From NCBI GenBank assembly GCA_053919585.1, contig CM132799.1: DNA of 64,000 nt, one strand, 5' to 3'. Both the position numbers and the translations under genes were made by a program. Position 1 is the stretch's first letter, and each line of letters opens with the position of its first letter. Source of the stretch: Euprymna scolopes. Taxonomy: Eukaryota. Below are positions 14,234 to 26,635 of the stretch, in pieces. The notes beneath the pieces are model-generated. The model worked only from the letters and a program-made list of their open reading frames with translations, had not been told where the DNA came from and made no database searches.

Positions 14234-15182
14234 AGTATTGTTTGAAAATAATTTTTTTAAATTGATGAACTCAGAATAAAAAATGACTACTCTAGTAAGA
14301 CAGTTTTTCTGTAAGCGGATTTGATTTCTATAAAAGATAACATTTTAAAAAAAATTAATAATTATCAAATATTTACATATTATACATAAAAATAATTCTG
14401 AAACTATTATCTATATGAAAATGGATGATATATGCCGATTTATCTTATCAATTTTGAAATATTCTTTGTCAACTTTGCTTGGTCGTAACTTTGCTTCCTG
14501 TGGCCGTAAAAAAAAAGTCAAACATCAGTAGAGATAGACTTCTATGTTTATATAACCTGGAAAATTTCACCCATATCCAATCAAATTTAATCCCCGCGCA
14601 TATGTATCCAAACATAACGTATAAAATGTAAACATTGAAAAAAACTGTTTCCTATTTTGTTGTCACTTTTTACCAATTTTTCATTTTTAACTTGGAGCAC
14701 AAAAATATTGAACGCATAAAAGAAAAATAAATTAACATCATTGGAAGAATGCTTATTTTATTCTCTTTCCATCAATATAATTCTTTTAAAAATTGACCCA
14801 CAAATAAAAAAGATATGACTTGTTGAAGCACATTAGGTATCTAATATTGCCGATATCCACGAAAATACAGCATATGCTTGTAATGCTACTATACTGTGCA
14901 GATTTAATCTTTCTGAGGTCATCAGGTCTAAACCCATCTTAAAAATTTAAATTACATATCAATCATATCATTCTAATATCATTTCTCTTCATTTTGCATG
15001 AAGAGAAATGATATGAGAATGAAGTTGTGTGACCGTAAACACAAAAAACCAAACCAGCCAGATTTGGGAATAAAATTACGGTCTGTCTCTTAGGGGCTGT
15101 TAAAATGCCCCAAATGATGTTTTTTGAAAATATCTAAGATTTGCTCAAAATACACCAAAAGTTAGGATAAATGATTATTTAC

Positions 15183-15213
<31 letters not shown>

Positions 15214-15252
15214 TGGTGACACCTACACACTTTTTACTGGAAAAGGGTTTAG

Positions 15253-15367
15253 GGTAATCTCCAAAAATACCGTTAGGGCTTACAACATGGCCGCCAGAAG
15301 AGTCACGTGATCCGTGACTCTTCTGGCGGCCATGTTGTAAGGCTAAATGGTATTTTTGGAGATTACC
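15253..15367. mobile_element. 115-bp palindromic MITE with 8-bp TSD (Merlin-like GG termini)
   Basis: TSD gggtttag at 15245-15252 and 15368-15375. TIR ggtaatctccaaaaatacc; the element is almost entirely an inverted repeat. Confidence 0.88.
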
Positions 15368-15884
15368 GGGTTTAGTATGCTAGCAAAAGGTTTAAACTTG
15401 ATTAGGACACTGTTTACACTTTTAAAGCTCAACTTTCTCAGATAAATATGAAATTAATAATGAACTTGTTGCCACAGTCAATAAAATTTGTTTCACAATT
15501 ACTTGATATTTTTACTGAGTTTACTTTTTACTTTTTATTTTTTAAAGTGTCAGTGCAAAACTGTAACAATGAAATTTATTAAAGTAGGATTTAATTGTTT
15601 ATTAAAAAATTAAGAAAAGTGGGTGGGGGATCTTTTGATGTTAATGATTTTATTATTTATTAGAAAAATTTTCTTTAATCCTAACTCAAAATATCACAGA
15701 AAGGTTGTGCCAAACATTTTTAAAATCAAAGAAAATTAGATTTCCTTTTTCTAATATGGTAATTTAATTTGGGAACAAATTAAAAACAACATTAAAATAT
15801 TTTTAGTTTAGATAAATTTAGGTCATTTATGGGAGTCTAGAATTTGATATTTATATTCTGATTTTTGTGTGGGTATGTGATAAT

Positions 15885-15939
<55 letters not shown>

Positions 15940-16310
15940 ATGAAAATTACAATTGAATTTACCAAAATGATCCAAGATGGTAAAATTAAAGTATATTATA
16001 AATATTAAAGAATTAATATTTATAAAATTATCTCAGCCAGATAAAAAAGCTTGATAAAACCAAATAGGAAATAGAGCTTATAATATGAAATGGAAATTCT
16101 TTTAACTTTTTTTGAAGTTTTACATTTGGATTTTACCGTCACTGGATTTTTTATCTTCCACCAGACTATCCATTCGTGTGTAATCACCTTTTTCTTTACC
16201 ATATTCCCTCTGCTTCACTTATTTTGTTTTCAAGTAAGATCTTTGACTTACTTGTTGTTTCATCAAATACGTCTGCATGCAAAATCCAATCCCACATTTT
16301 GCTAATTCCT

Positions 16311-16360
16311 ACCCTCTGATGAGAAGGAAAGTATTTCTTCGAAACTCTGCGGATTAAGGA
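16311..16360 (+). ncRNA. Minimal type I hammerhead ribozyme motif (Penelope-like), probably degenerate
   Basis: Core CTGATGA (16316-22), 7-bp stem II gaaggaa/tttcttc, GAAAC, near-palindromic stem III actctgcggatt, stem I cct/agg. One C.U mismatch at 15.2/16.2. Confidence 0.65.
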
Positions 16361-16399
16361 CTATCCATTTATCTAGTGTTTCCTTTTCAGATTAAATAT

Positions 16400-16528
16400 N
16401 NNNNNNNNNNNNNNNNNNNNNNNNNNNNNNNNNNNNNNNNNNNNNNNNNNNNNNNNNNNNNNNNNNNNNNNNNNNNNNNNNNNNNNNNNNNNNNNNNNNN
16501 NNNNNNNNNNNNNNNNNNNNNNNNNNNN
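16400..16528. other. Assembly gap (N run)
   Basis: Ns in sequence. Confidence 1.
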
Positions 16529-17144
16529 AAAAGAGGTTTATCTTAACACTTTTTATGTACAAGATCTGATATTTTGATTTGTCTCTGTTCTGATTCACAG
16601 CGGTTGATTTTTCATGTTATTGGAATAAAATACTTAAAACTATTAACTCTAATATCAATTGGGAAGTTTTTAAACTAGTTTCATGAAATATAAACAGTAG
16701 AAAGTTACAAAAAAAAAAAAAAAACAATAACTTATGTCTAAATGCAGACAGACTTTGCCATTTAAATTCAGATTAAGTAAAAGAAAAAAAGAAATTGTTA
16801 AATATTAAAAAAAATTTGTTCCAAATTAACAATTCATATTATATATAAAACAGAAAATGTCCATTAGAAAGCTAATAACAATATATAAAATAAGAGTATA
16901 AAAAGATCTATAGAATAGTCTATTAATGATTGAATATAACATTTTTTTAAAATTTGAATGTTAGTATTTTTTACAAATATATGAATCAAAAATAAATAAA
17001 AAATATACATCGTAAATAATTCATTTTTCCTCATTTCTCGTTCGAATCATAAATAAAACCCATGTTTGACAATTAGTGAAAACTGAAACTAGTAAAGTAT
17101 TAAAGCTAACTGCATTTGATTAAATAATAAAAACAGAAACAGCT

Positions 17145-17233
17145 ACAAAAAATACTAGATATAAAAAAATACTAAATTTTATTCTTAAGAGAATAAAATT
17201 TAGTATTTTTTTTTATATATCTAGTATTTTTGT
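17145..17233. repeat. AT-rich near-perfect inverted repeat, about 42-bp arms
   Basis: acaaaaaatactagatata...aaattttattct-taag-agaataaaattt...tatatctagtatttttgt. Confidence 0.8.
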
Positions 17234-18140
17234 GTGGGAAACTTTTTTTTATGAATGAAATTTTACTGAAATGTTATTGTATAGATCAATAGATGATTAA
17301 TATATTTCACTATATTTGTTCTAAAGTAAATAGAACTTTTGATTGCTAGAAAATATTTATAAATTAAGTAGACTATGAGAATTAATATTTTTAGATAGGT
17401 TGATTGTTGGCATGGGTACACTAAATAAACTCTTAGAATATTGGAGCATTGATTTTTTTTTTCCTTAATTATTACATGATAATATGCTTTCAGCTATGTT
17501 GAGTACAACTGTACAGAAAAAATAGTCACCATTTAAAAAAAGAAAACTTATCGAAATGCATGGAGGTTCTAAGAAGGTTTTGATTATTGAAGTATCAATA
17601 ATTGAACTATTTAAAAAATGATACAGCATTTTACTTTTTGGCAGTTTGGATGTAAAGAATTGACTCAAAGTGTTTAAAAAGTCACGCTTGTCTTGAAGAA
17701 ATAATTATTAAATTTATGAAAATAAATATGAAAGCTAAATGTGATTAGATTGATTTGTATAAAATTGTTGCATTCTTCCAATTTGTTATTTAGTGCAGTT
17801 GTGTGTGTGTGAAATAGATTGAGCAAAGAAATGTATCTTCATTGTTTAAGCATTTGTTGCATTTCAACTCGTTCCATTAGTTACACTTGTTACACTTTTT
17901 CTTTCTCTCTTTCCTTCAGGCTGACCCCTTAATTCTTACTTGGGGTGGCAGCCTGCTTTACTGGTCACTGCACTCTGGCTTCCTGGCTGGCACTGCACCA
18001 AACATACACAACAAGTGAAAAAAACAACTCATTGAAAGTGTAATATCTTTATCCATCTTGTATTGTCAACTCTTGCCATTGCCTTTCACAAGCATTGCTT
18101 TTATTTCCATTGATTTTCTTTTTTCTTTCCTTCCTATTAG

Positions 18141-18217
18141 CTCGAGATGCAGATGAAAGAGAAAAATGGATTAAATCACTGGAAAATACCATATTGCGGC
18201 ATACACATTTTCCAAAG
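18141..18217 (+). CDS. OSBPL9: OSBPL9/ORP9-like coding exon A (C-terminal helix of PH domain): (A)[25 protein letters not shown]
   Basis: Polypyrimidine tract and tag acceptor ending 18140; gtaagt donor at 18218; 77 nt, phase 1 in, phase 0 out. Peptide matches vertebrate ORP9 [21 protein letters not shown] (recalled, not searched). Confidence 0.93.
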
Positions 18218-18269
18218 GTAAGTCTATTCACTTTTCATTCCACTTTATTCTTTTTAGAATTTCATTTAA

Positions 18270-18350
<81 letters not shown>
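18270..18350. repeat. (TA)n microsatellite. Other (TA)n at about 1649-1695, 15888-15932, 45395-45421 and 54388-54433; (CA/TG)n at 11449-11475, 27923-27963 and 46184-46222
   Basis: Direct reading. Confidence 0.95.
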
Positions 18351-18352
<2 letters not shown>

Positions 18353-20819
18353 CATCAATATTAAGTTTTATTTTTCATGCAGAATGTATATTACAGTTCA
18401 GCCTTTTTGTTTTTTAAATAAAATCTTCTCTTTTACTTGGCGTTTGGAAGTTATTTTTTTAATGTCTATAGTGGATTTGCTAAACATTTATCTGCATTTC
18501 TAAATATATGACTAAAATCATGTTGACGCACAAATTCCTGTACAATTGCCAAAGTGAAACTACATTAGGTCTGGCCACCATTTAGGAAGACCATGTGCTG
18601 TATGTATTTCGGTTCTCTGATGGCAGATAGTGTGACTCATTTGTCAGAGTATAACTTTTTAATCAAACCAATCAAATTCAGGAGAAAGTTATAGCATTAT
18701 AAATTTATTAGTGAGAAAAAAAAATGTAGAAATTCCATGGTACTTTTCTCCATCTGTATAATTTACTCTTACTTCCCTGAAATAATAAATGTAAAATTCA
18801 ATATTTAGAAGCAAATTGTATTTTACTTCTTTAAAAGTAGTCATTGTCAGTTAAATATATTTTTAAATATATTAAATGAATGTCTCTGTATTAAATGTGT
18901 ATTAATTTTTTTATTATAGTAAAAAGCATGCAAAGGATGTTTTTAATCCTGTTTCAGTCAACAGGATGACAATTCGATTTTAAAACAATTTTAAAATGGG
19001 TAAAATCTGATTATTTTTATTTTATTTATTCATTATTTATTTAATTTTTTTTTGTTAGCTTAATGACACCAGTTAATTTTCAGTTTCTAGTGAATCTCCT
19101 TTTTAAAAATGTATATTGAAGATGATAATGTACATATAAAGAAGAATAACCATATTATTGTACCAGTTCCAAATTAGATATCATCTAGAATTTTGTGGTA
19201 TTTTTTGATGTGTATCCTCTTCTCTAGCTTTTAGACTCTACATATTCATCGTGATATGTCAGATATTTAAATATCCTCATTTGAACTATAAAGTACTTTT
19301 GATGATATAAGCAAAATAAAATTGAATATAACCATGCTATTGTATTGGACATTTTCTCTTATGAAAAAACAATCATATTTGATTATTTTCCATTTTAATC
19401 CATCCTTTTTTATTTGTGTGCAGGACTGGCACTAAGTGCAGCGGGCTAATTTTAAAATTGCTAGTGGGAATTCTCTACTTTACAAAACTTGAAGATACTC
19501 ATTCAAAATGTGTTTAGGGCTTGAAGGTCCAGTGTTAAACAATATTAAAACTTTCAAAGTTTAGTGTAGTGTCTTAAAAGTTAAGATAATTACTAATATA
19601 TTGTTTTTATATAGGTTTACTAAAACGACTTTCCTGCTCTTTTTATTAATGTATAGTCTTCTATAGCATTACCAAATTTGTACACACTGGAGACTCCTTA
19701 ATCTCTATATGTTAAAACAAGTTCATATTCATAATCCCTTATCATTCTGCAACATTTTTTTAAAAGATGGGCTTGCTCTATCATTGTAGATGTTATGTGG
19801 AAATTAAACATTTTTTTATTATTTCGTACAAACAAAAATACACTAAAATGTACTTTGGGATAGAATCAAAATGTAGTATCTATTATAAAACAATATACAT
19901 TTTGATATTATACTACATTATAAACAGATTCCAAAGATAGTACAATAATATCTATAGAATCAATATATTTTTAAGCACATCAGGAATATACAACTGATAA
20001 AAGGTAAAACTGAAATTGCCATGGGCCCCACTAATATCAATAAAAGAAGGGTCAGAGAGCTATTCATTTTTATTTTAATTATTAACAAAAGATTAGAATG
20101 GCTAACTTGTTCACTAATAAACCAAAATACATACTAGTGGATTTACTTTTGTAATTAAATTATGTTTTTTAATAGAATTAAAAACATTTAGTTTTATTTT
20201 ACACTATTCTATTTTTGATTTTAAATAAATCTTGGAGTAATACTAAATGAAAAAGTTATAGTTTGATATGTAATTAGTAAAGTTACGTTCACATGAGAAA
20301 TAGACACACATGAGCTGGTCTCGATTTTATTAATATAGAGATAAGGAATATAAATATCATTGAAAGTTATGAGTATTAATGAAGAAAAAAGTTCGTTTAA
20401 AGATTTCAAGAAAGCATGAGACTTGTGATATGATAAATTAATTTCTATATGTATTTGACAGAATATCAATAACTTTCACCATTTTTCTTTATCATATAAG
20501 TGATTTTATTTATTTTTGATAAATATGTGTCACTACGGTGTGGAATTTTTTTTTTGCGTGTGTGTGTGCACATTTTTCGTGCTATGTTAGATAGTGCATC
20601 TGAACTACTATATCAATAATCCACAACTGTTTTATATTCTACTCATCTGCATGAAATTTGGTTCTATTTATTGACTGTTTTTTATGTTTTTATTAATCAC
20701 ATTTCCATGTTGAAGACGGATATCTTTACATGTGGAAACACTTGCAGGTGAACGCAATTGTCTTGAAGTATGCCGAGACACAATTGTGAAGAAATAAATG
20801 GATGAAAAAAAAAAGTTTC

Positions 20820-21145
20820 AGTTCTTGGTGAAATTTCGTTATTTTATAAAAATTTGTAAAATTTGAAATTTTTTTGATGTAATTTTAAAGGTAATTAAAA
20901 AAACAATTTGGTAAATTTTTATAACGTGCCCCAGCATATTATAAACACCCCAACCACCCTATGTTAAGAACGGCTTTCAGAATAAACATCCCCCAACCTC
21001 GAAAGCCGTTCTTAACATGGGGTGGTTGGAGTGTTTATACTACGGTGGGGCAGGTCATAAAAAATACCAAAAATTCATTAATAAAAAATCCCCATCAATT
21101 TAAATAAATTCTTTTAAAATAAGTATGAAATTTCAAATGGAATCC
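20820..21145. mobile_element. Fold-back MITE
   Basis: Core tataaacaccccaaccaccctatgttaagaacggctttc mirrored by gaaagccgttcttaacatggggtggttggagtgtttata; weaker outer arms, so outer boundaries are approximate. Confidence 0.75.
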
Positions 21146-21228
21146 GAAGTATATACTCTTAATAAATATCTGAAACTATTAAGAACTTGAAACATGAACA
21201 CTTTACTAGAATGAATGAATTTTGCATT

Positions 21229-22535
21229 AAGAGCTAAGACAGAATATGCTGAAACCACCAGAAAAGGCATTGATATGCTGAAATTAGGAACTCATGATTT
21301 CTGAAAAATCTACAATAGTGTAGTAAATAATGGGCAATCAACAATTCCCCCACTATCCAACAATCTTGAAGTTGTTTGCATGGCAACCAAAAAGGCTAAC
21401 CTGCTTGGCTGTCAGTTTGTCTCCAACTCCACTTTGGACTCAGCAACCCCCCCCCCCCCCCCCAGATTTTTCTCTGCAGACATAAACCACACTAGATGAT
21501 CTGAAAATCATCCCTTCTCAAGTACATGATCTCATAAAAAATCTAGACACCTCAAAAGCGTGTGGACGATCTCATCCCAGCTGTACTATTAAAAAAATCC
21601 TCCGCTGAGGTTGCTCCAGTTTTCTCGAAACTTTTCAACAAATGCCTTAATGAATCTTGCTTTCTTGACTGCTAGAAAATTGTTTCCATAGTTTACAAGA
21701 ATTCTGGTGAAAGAAGTGACACATTAAATTATCGCCCCATTAGCCTCCTTCCTCTTTTTGCCAAAATATTTGCGTCCATAATTAATCAAGCTTTAGTGCA
21801 CCACCTCACAGCTGCTAAACTTCTGTCCAACCAATAATATGGGTTTAGACAAGCCCATTTTGCTGCAGATAGCCTAATCTCGGAACGTATATACCATGCA
21901 CTGGATAAGTCAAGGGAGGCTAGGGCAGTAGCCTAAGATATATTTAAGGCCTTTCACAGGGTATGGCACAATAAGTCTTCTCATGAAAATCAGATCCTAT
22001 AGTATTACTGGACCAATAATTAATATGTTTAAACCCTTCTAACCCAGGTTGTTCTCGATGGTCGTACATTAAAACAATATTATATAAATGTGGGTATAGA
22101 CCTTTATTATTCTTGAGATTCATAAATGACCCCTCTAATAAAATTGTCTCTGAGATGGGTATATTTGCTGACAGCATCACATTTTATAGCAGACAAGTGG
22201 GGGAAAACAAATGAACACTTGTCCACACAATGGTGGAAACCATAGAGGAAGATCTCCAGTCTGTAATGAAATGGGGATAAAAATGGATGGTAATATTCAA
22301 TGCTATCAAGACTAAGCTTCTTTTCTTTAATAACTACAAGAAACTTTCTCAATTACTAATAGCCATGGCTAATGATACATTAGTTGGAACAGATACATTG
22401 AGGGCATTGCCAAGGCTGCTGCAAAGAACGTGGGCTCTCTCTACCGTGCTAGAAAGTTATTTATGCCTGAGAGTATCCTGTACCTCCACAAGGCCACCAT
22501 TCGCCCATGTATGAAGTATTGTTGCTACATTTGAG
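21229..22535 (+). mobile_element. CR1/L2-group LINE copy a (RT region, truncated at both ends, degenerate)
   Basis: Collinear with copy b; NYRPISLLPLFAKIF and YGFRQ motifs; ends at the PCMKYCC motif. Confidence 0.9.
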
Positions 22536-23117
22536 CAAAAAGGAAATTAACATTTGCCATAGTCATACATATTATCTACTACAGTAAAGTAATATGCAAC
22601 TCATTGAGATGCAATTGACAAATTAGATTATTTCACATTTCATGCTTTTCTCTTGCTTTCCATTATCCTGTGTTGCCTGTCCACATTTTTATTTAAATAT
22701 TGTAAAACGTTGATTAACATTGAAGGTAGACGTGTGTGGGGGGGGGGTAGTGGCTGGAATGGATCTTTTGTTTTTCCTTTGCATTTATATAACAATATTT
22801 GTGTTTTCTATACATTTCCCTGCCTTATTGATATTCACTCATCAAAAAAGGAGAGGTCTCCTGCTTTTTAAAGACAATGGATAGCCACTGGAAGAATTTC
22901 TACATGATGAATGAAAATTTTATAGCAAAATAAGGATTGCAAAATCCACAAGTGTACTTTTCCTAATTTGACATTGCAATGGCAAGGAATATGAGATGAC
23001 TGGTCACCATGCTGGGATAAGTAGACAAAGACTATTATTTTTCTTCTTGCCAGGTTATTTTTAAAAATTTTCCTTACTATTTAATGCATGGCTAGTGGAA
23101 AGTGATCTTTAATTTTT

Positions 23118-24089
23118 CAAAAAGGCTTTTTTCGCCGGGCTTCTCGATCGGCTCACTCCTTAAAACTTTTTATATGCTGTCTAAATGATAATATCTATGA
23201 GTTACAAACGGAGGTCGCGTGTGTATTTAATTTGCCTGACTTTCATGCGCTATTTGTTTCCAGATTTTTAGATCGCCGCATGTTTGTTTTTTTTTGCTTT
23301 TCAGTATAAAAAAAGCGAAACTGGATATGAATCGGCACTTCCCTGGCCCATGGCTGGGTGGTGTCCGGAAAGCAATGTAAACATTTGGTCAATGTCGGCT
23401 TTTCACCATCATATCTAATAAACGTGGGAACTGGTTTTCTCTAAAGTTGGGTAAAAACAAACAAACCGGATTTTGACCTCATTTAAAACTGTCCCGCAGA
23501 AAATATTAACTGCGACTTCTATTTGATCTGATTAAGTCATTAAGTGCGGGCACCTGTCAATTCTCTTCCTACTTAAATAAATTCAAACATCTTTCAGTAA
23601 CTTTTTCTTGCTGCCAAGTGGTTAACGTGTCATGCTTTTTTTTTCACATTTTATTTTCCAGCTTCACTTCAGGGCTTCGGGTTCGATCCTACCTACTTGG
23701 TCCTGGATATGACCTTAAACTATATCCAGTGGTGAGGCCCCAGCTTGTGGGCTTTGGGGAGTGTGGGGCCACCCTTTAATTACCATTGCTCTCAGGTCCA
23801 TTCTGACCCGGAGTGGTAGTACTTGTTAGGGTTCCAACTATGAGTTAAATAGAAACCGACTTGAAAACAACAAATATATTCTATTAAAAATTTTTTCTTC
23901 AAAATCTTTGGATTCGGCATTAAATAACCCGCAAAGGGTTGATATACCGTAAAACAAAAACAATCAACCAACTAACCAACCTACCTACCAAAATTTTTTT
24001 AATCCCCCCCCCTCCCATGTTTTTTCTTTTTTTGATTTAAGAGAACTCGCACCTCGAAACACCCGGGCAACGCTGGGTACCTCCACTAG
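23118..24089 (+). mobile_element. Non-autonomous Helitron H1 (5'-truncated) carrying SINE copy 2
   Basis: 3' hairpin acccgggcaacgctgggt followed by CTAG|T at 24086-24090; homologous to H2-H5. Confidence 0.75.
23697..23979 (+). mobile_element. SINE-like retroelement copy 2
   Basis: TSD cctacctac at 23688-23696 and 23980-23988. Confidence 0.9.
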
Positions 24090-24090
24090 T

Positions 24091-24722
24091 TTCATATATA
24101 AAAGGCAGAATGAATGTGCGCGTTTGTGTATGTCCACAAAAGGCTTTTGCATCGGGCTTCTTGCGTCGGTTAGATTCCAGGAAAAGTTTTCTAATACTTC
24201 CTAGATCGTAATATATCAGATTTGCAAATGGATATGGTTTCTATCTTTTTTTGATCAAGTTTTAAAAAAATTCCCTCGTTTTGAGTGTTTAGTTGTGTTT
24301 TTCGTATAAATAAAGCGAAACTAATTGAACGCTAGCACCAACTCCCGGCCTTCATCAGTAATGTCTGTTCTGTAATTGCTCCTTGATCAATGTAGGGGAA
24401 AGCCTTCATACTGAGACACTATTTATTTGGATACTGCCAGATTGCCCATTTTTTTGGTGGAGCTGCCACTCCCCCCCTCCACACACACATTAAAAACGAC
24501 CTTCGTGAGAGGTTTAAAAGCAACGCCATTTCTGCAATTCATCTTTTTGATTGATTGAACTTTACACTTCCGGTTGTGTTATGGAGTAGGGGTAAGATGT
24601 AAGGTTTTCTTTCACTTTCTTTTCTGCCTTCATGTCACGGGTTTGAGCCTACCAACCTACTACCATTTTTTTTTCTCAACACACACCTCCAAACATCCGG
24701 GCAACGCCGGGCATTACATATA
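24091..24722 (+). mobile_element. Non-autonomous Helitron H2
   Basis: 5' (t)catatataaaaggcagaatg...tgtgtatgtcc; 3' hairpin ccgggcaacgccggg. Reverse-complement homolog of H3. Confidence 0.8.
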
Positions 24723-25285
24723 ATAAAATAAACTGAATTACTTTCCTTAGTATTACATGCAAAGGAATAGCAATTTATGCATTTAGATATTGAAACAGAT
24801 ATAATAGATTGTTTGTTCTACAACTTAGATGATCTCTCTTTTTAACGATCTTTTCAATTTGAATCTTAAACTATTGCACAGAACATTTACATTATTATTA
24901 CACTATCTGTATGCAGATAAATTAGTGAATTATTTTACCCAGTGGTTCCTTTTTAATTTTTTTTTTTTTTTCTTTAATCATTTCTAAATTCATCCAATTC
25001 CATCATATTGCTGTTCTTAATCTGATGTGGCAGGTTTTCCAATTTTGTAACTTTTACTGTTTTGTATTAGTTTTGTCATCTTTTATTCATTTTTTGGAAT
25101 GCCTCCCAATCTCAGTTATCATTTTAATTTGTGTTGTGATCTTAGTTTCTATTTTACATCTTCTCAATCATACAGGGAAATTAATAGTGTAAACAAAATA
25201 TATTTTATGATTTGGGCATTCTCAAATTTGACCTTCCCATAATTTAAATTCTATTTTGATTACTCACCGTTTTATTTTACTGTAG

Positions 25286-25766
25286 AATTTTCTTTGTTAT
25301 AAATCTAATTAATAACATTTTCTTTGTTATAAATCTAATTAATAAAATTTTCTTTGTTATAAATCTAATTAATAAAATTTTCTTTGTTATAAATCTAATT
25401 AATAAAATTTTCTTTGTTATAAATCTAATTAATGAAATTTTCTTTGTTATAAATCTAATTAATAAAATTTTCTTTGTTATAAATCTAATTAATAAAATTT
25501 TCTTTGTTATAAATCTAATTAATAAAATTTTCTTTGTTATAAATCTAATTAATAAAATTTTCTTTGTTATAAATCTAATTAATAAAATTTTCTTTGTTAT
25601 AAATCTAATTAATAAAATTTTCTTTGTTATAAATCTAATTAATAACATTTTCTTGGCTATACATCTAATTAATAACATTTTCTTGGCTATACATCTAATT
25701 AATAACATTTTCTTGGCTATACATCTAATTAATAACATTTTCTTGGCTATAAATCTAACTAATAAA
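25286..25766. repeat. 30-bp minisatellite, about 16 copies (tctttgttataaatctaattaataaaattt), with a variant block at the right end
   Basis: Direct tandem units. Source of the spurious ORF 25277-25738. Confidence 0.95.
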
Positions 25767-26212
25767 AGCCTATATGTATATCTGTCTCCATATTTTCAAA
25801 CTCTATCTCTTCCAAAACTAAAAGTCGCAGAGCAGCGCTAAGGTACTTCATATGATTGGATTTTTTATGGACTGTTCTTTAATGGATCTTTAGCTAGTTA
25901 AAATTCTTTTTAAGGGGTCAAAATGTGTAAAAATCGTTATACATTTTATACATTCATCTTAGTTTATTTTTTATTTTTAATCCGTTCATATGCGTGTAAC
26001 GTTGCTACATTGGTAACGTCACTAGCTTTGAATGCTACAGTTTTGCTTTCAGTTTTGATTCTAGCTGATGGGCCCCCAAATACTTTTCATTTACTTTTGA
26101 AATCACGACTCTGTAATAATATATAAAATATCTGGACAAATTAAAATATCATATTTAAGCATATTTTAAAACCGGGCAAAGCACCCCCACCCCAATATTG
26201 TGATTTAATGGC

Positions 26213-26251
<39 letters not shown>

Positions 26252-26635
26252 TGTTTTCATAAAAAATAAATATTGTGCAAACTATTTCAATTTTACTAAT
26301 AGACAAACTTGCTCATCATAATGTGATGAGTTTTGAAACATTTTTTTATATTTTATGTATATTATAATTAAAATAAAGAAAATAAATGTATATTGCTAAC
26401 ATTTTTTTGTTTTCTTTCTCCTCAAACTGAAAAAGTAGTATTTTATGAACATGCTTCAGCAATCTGAATAATATCCTCAGATTTGAAGACCACACATGTT
26501 CATATTCAGTCAGTTCTAATGTACATAATAGTTTTATTATAAACAAGCAGAATTTGTGTTTCAGTATTGGTCGAGAAAACTGAGGAAACCTAATAAGAAG
26601 AAAAGACCAGAAAAACTTTTGGCCCATATAATAAA

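Noticed and set aside
17917-18010. H/ACA snoRNA or SECIS element
   Set aside because: No ANANNA hinge box between the hairpins, the second hairpin is weak, and there is no AUGA/GA quartet.
1-18140. Upstream OSBPL9 exons (expected GAVIGIDDEDDSTFTITVD...FHFQ and KWTNVMKGWQYRW)
   Set aside because: Not found by eye. They probably lie before the window or possibly in the 16400-16528 gap; tblastn would decide.
18095-18364. 89-aa ORF as a standalone gene
   Set aside because: Only 18141-18217 is coding; the rest is polypyrimidine tract, intron and (TA)n.
25277-25841. 153-aa and 62-aa repetitive ORFs
   Set aside because: Artefacts of a stop-free 30-bp minisatellite.
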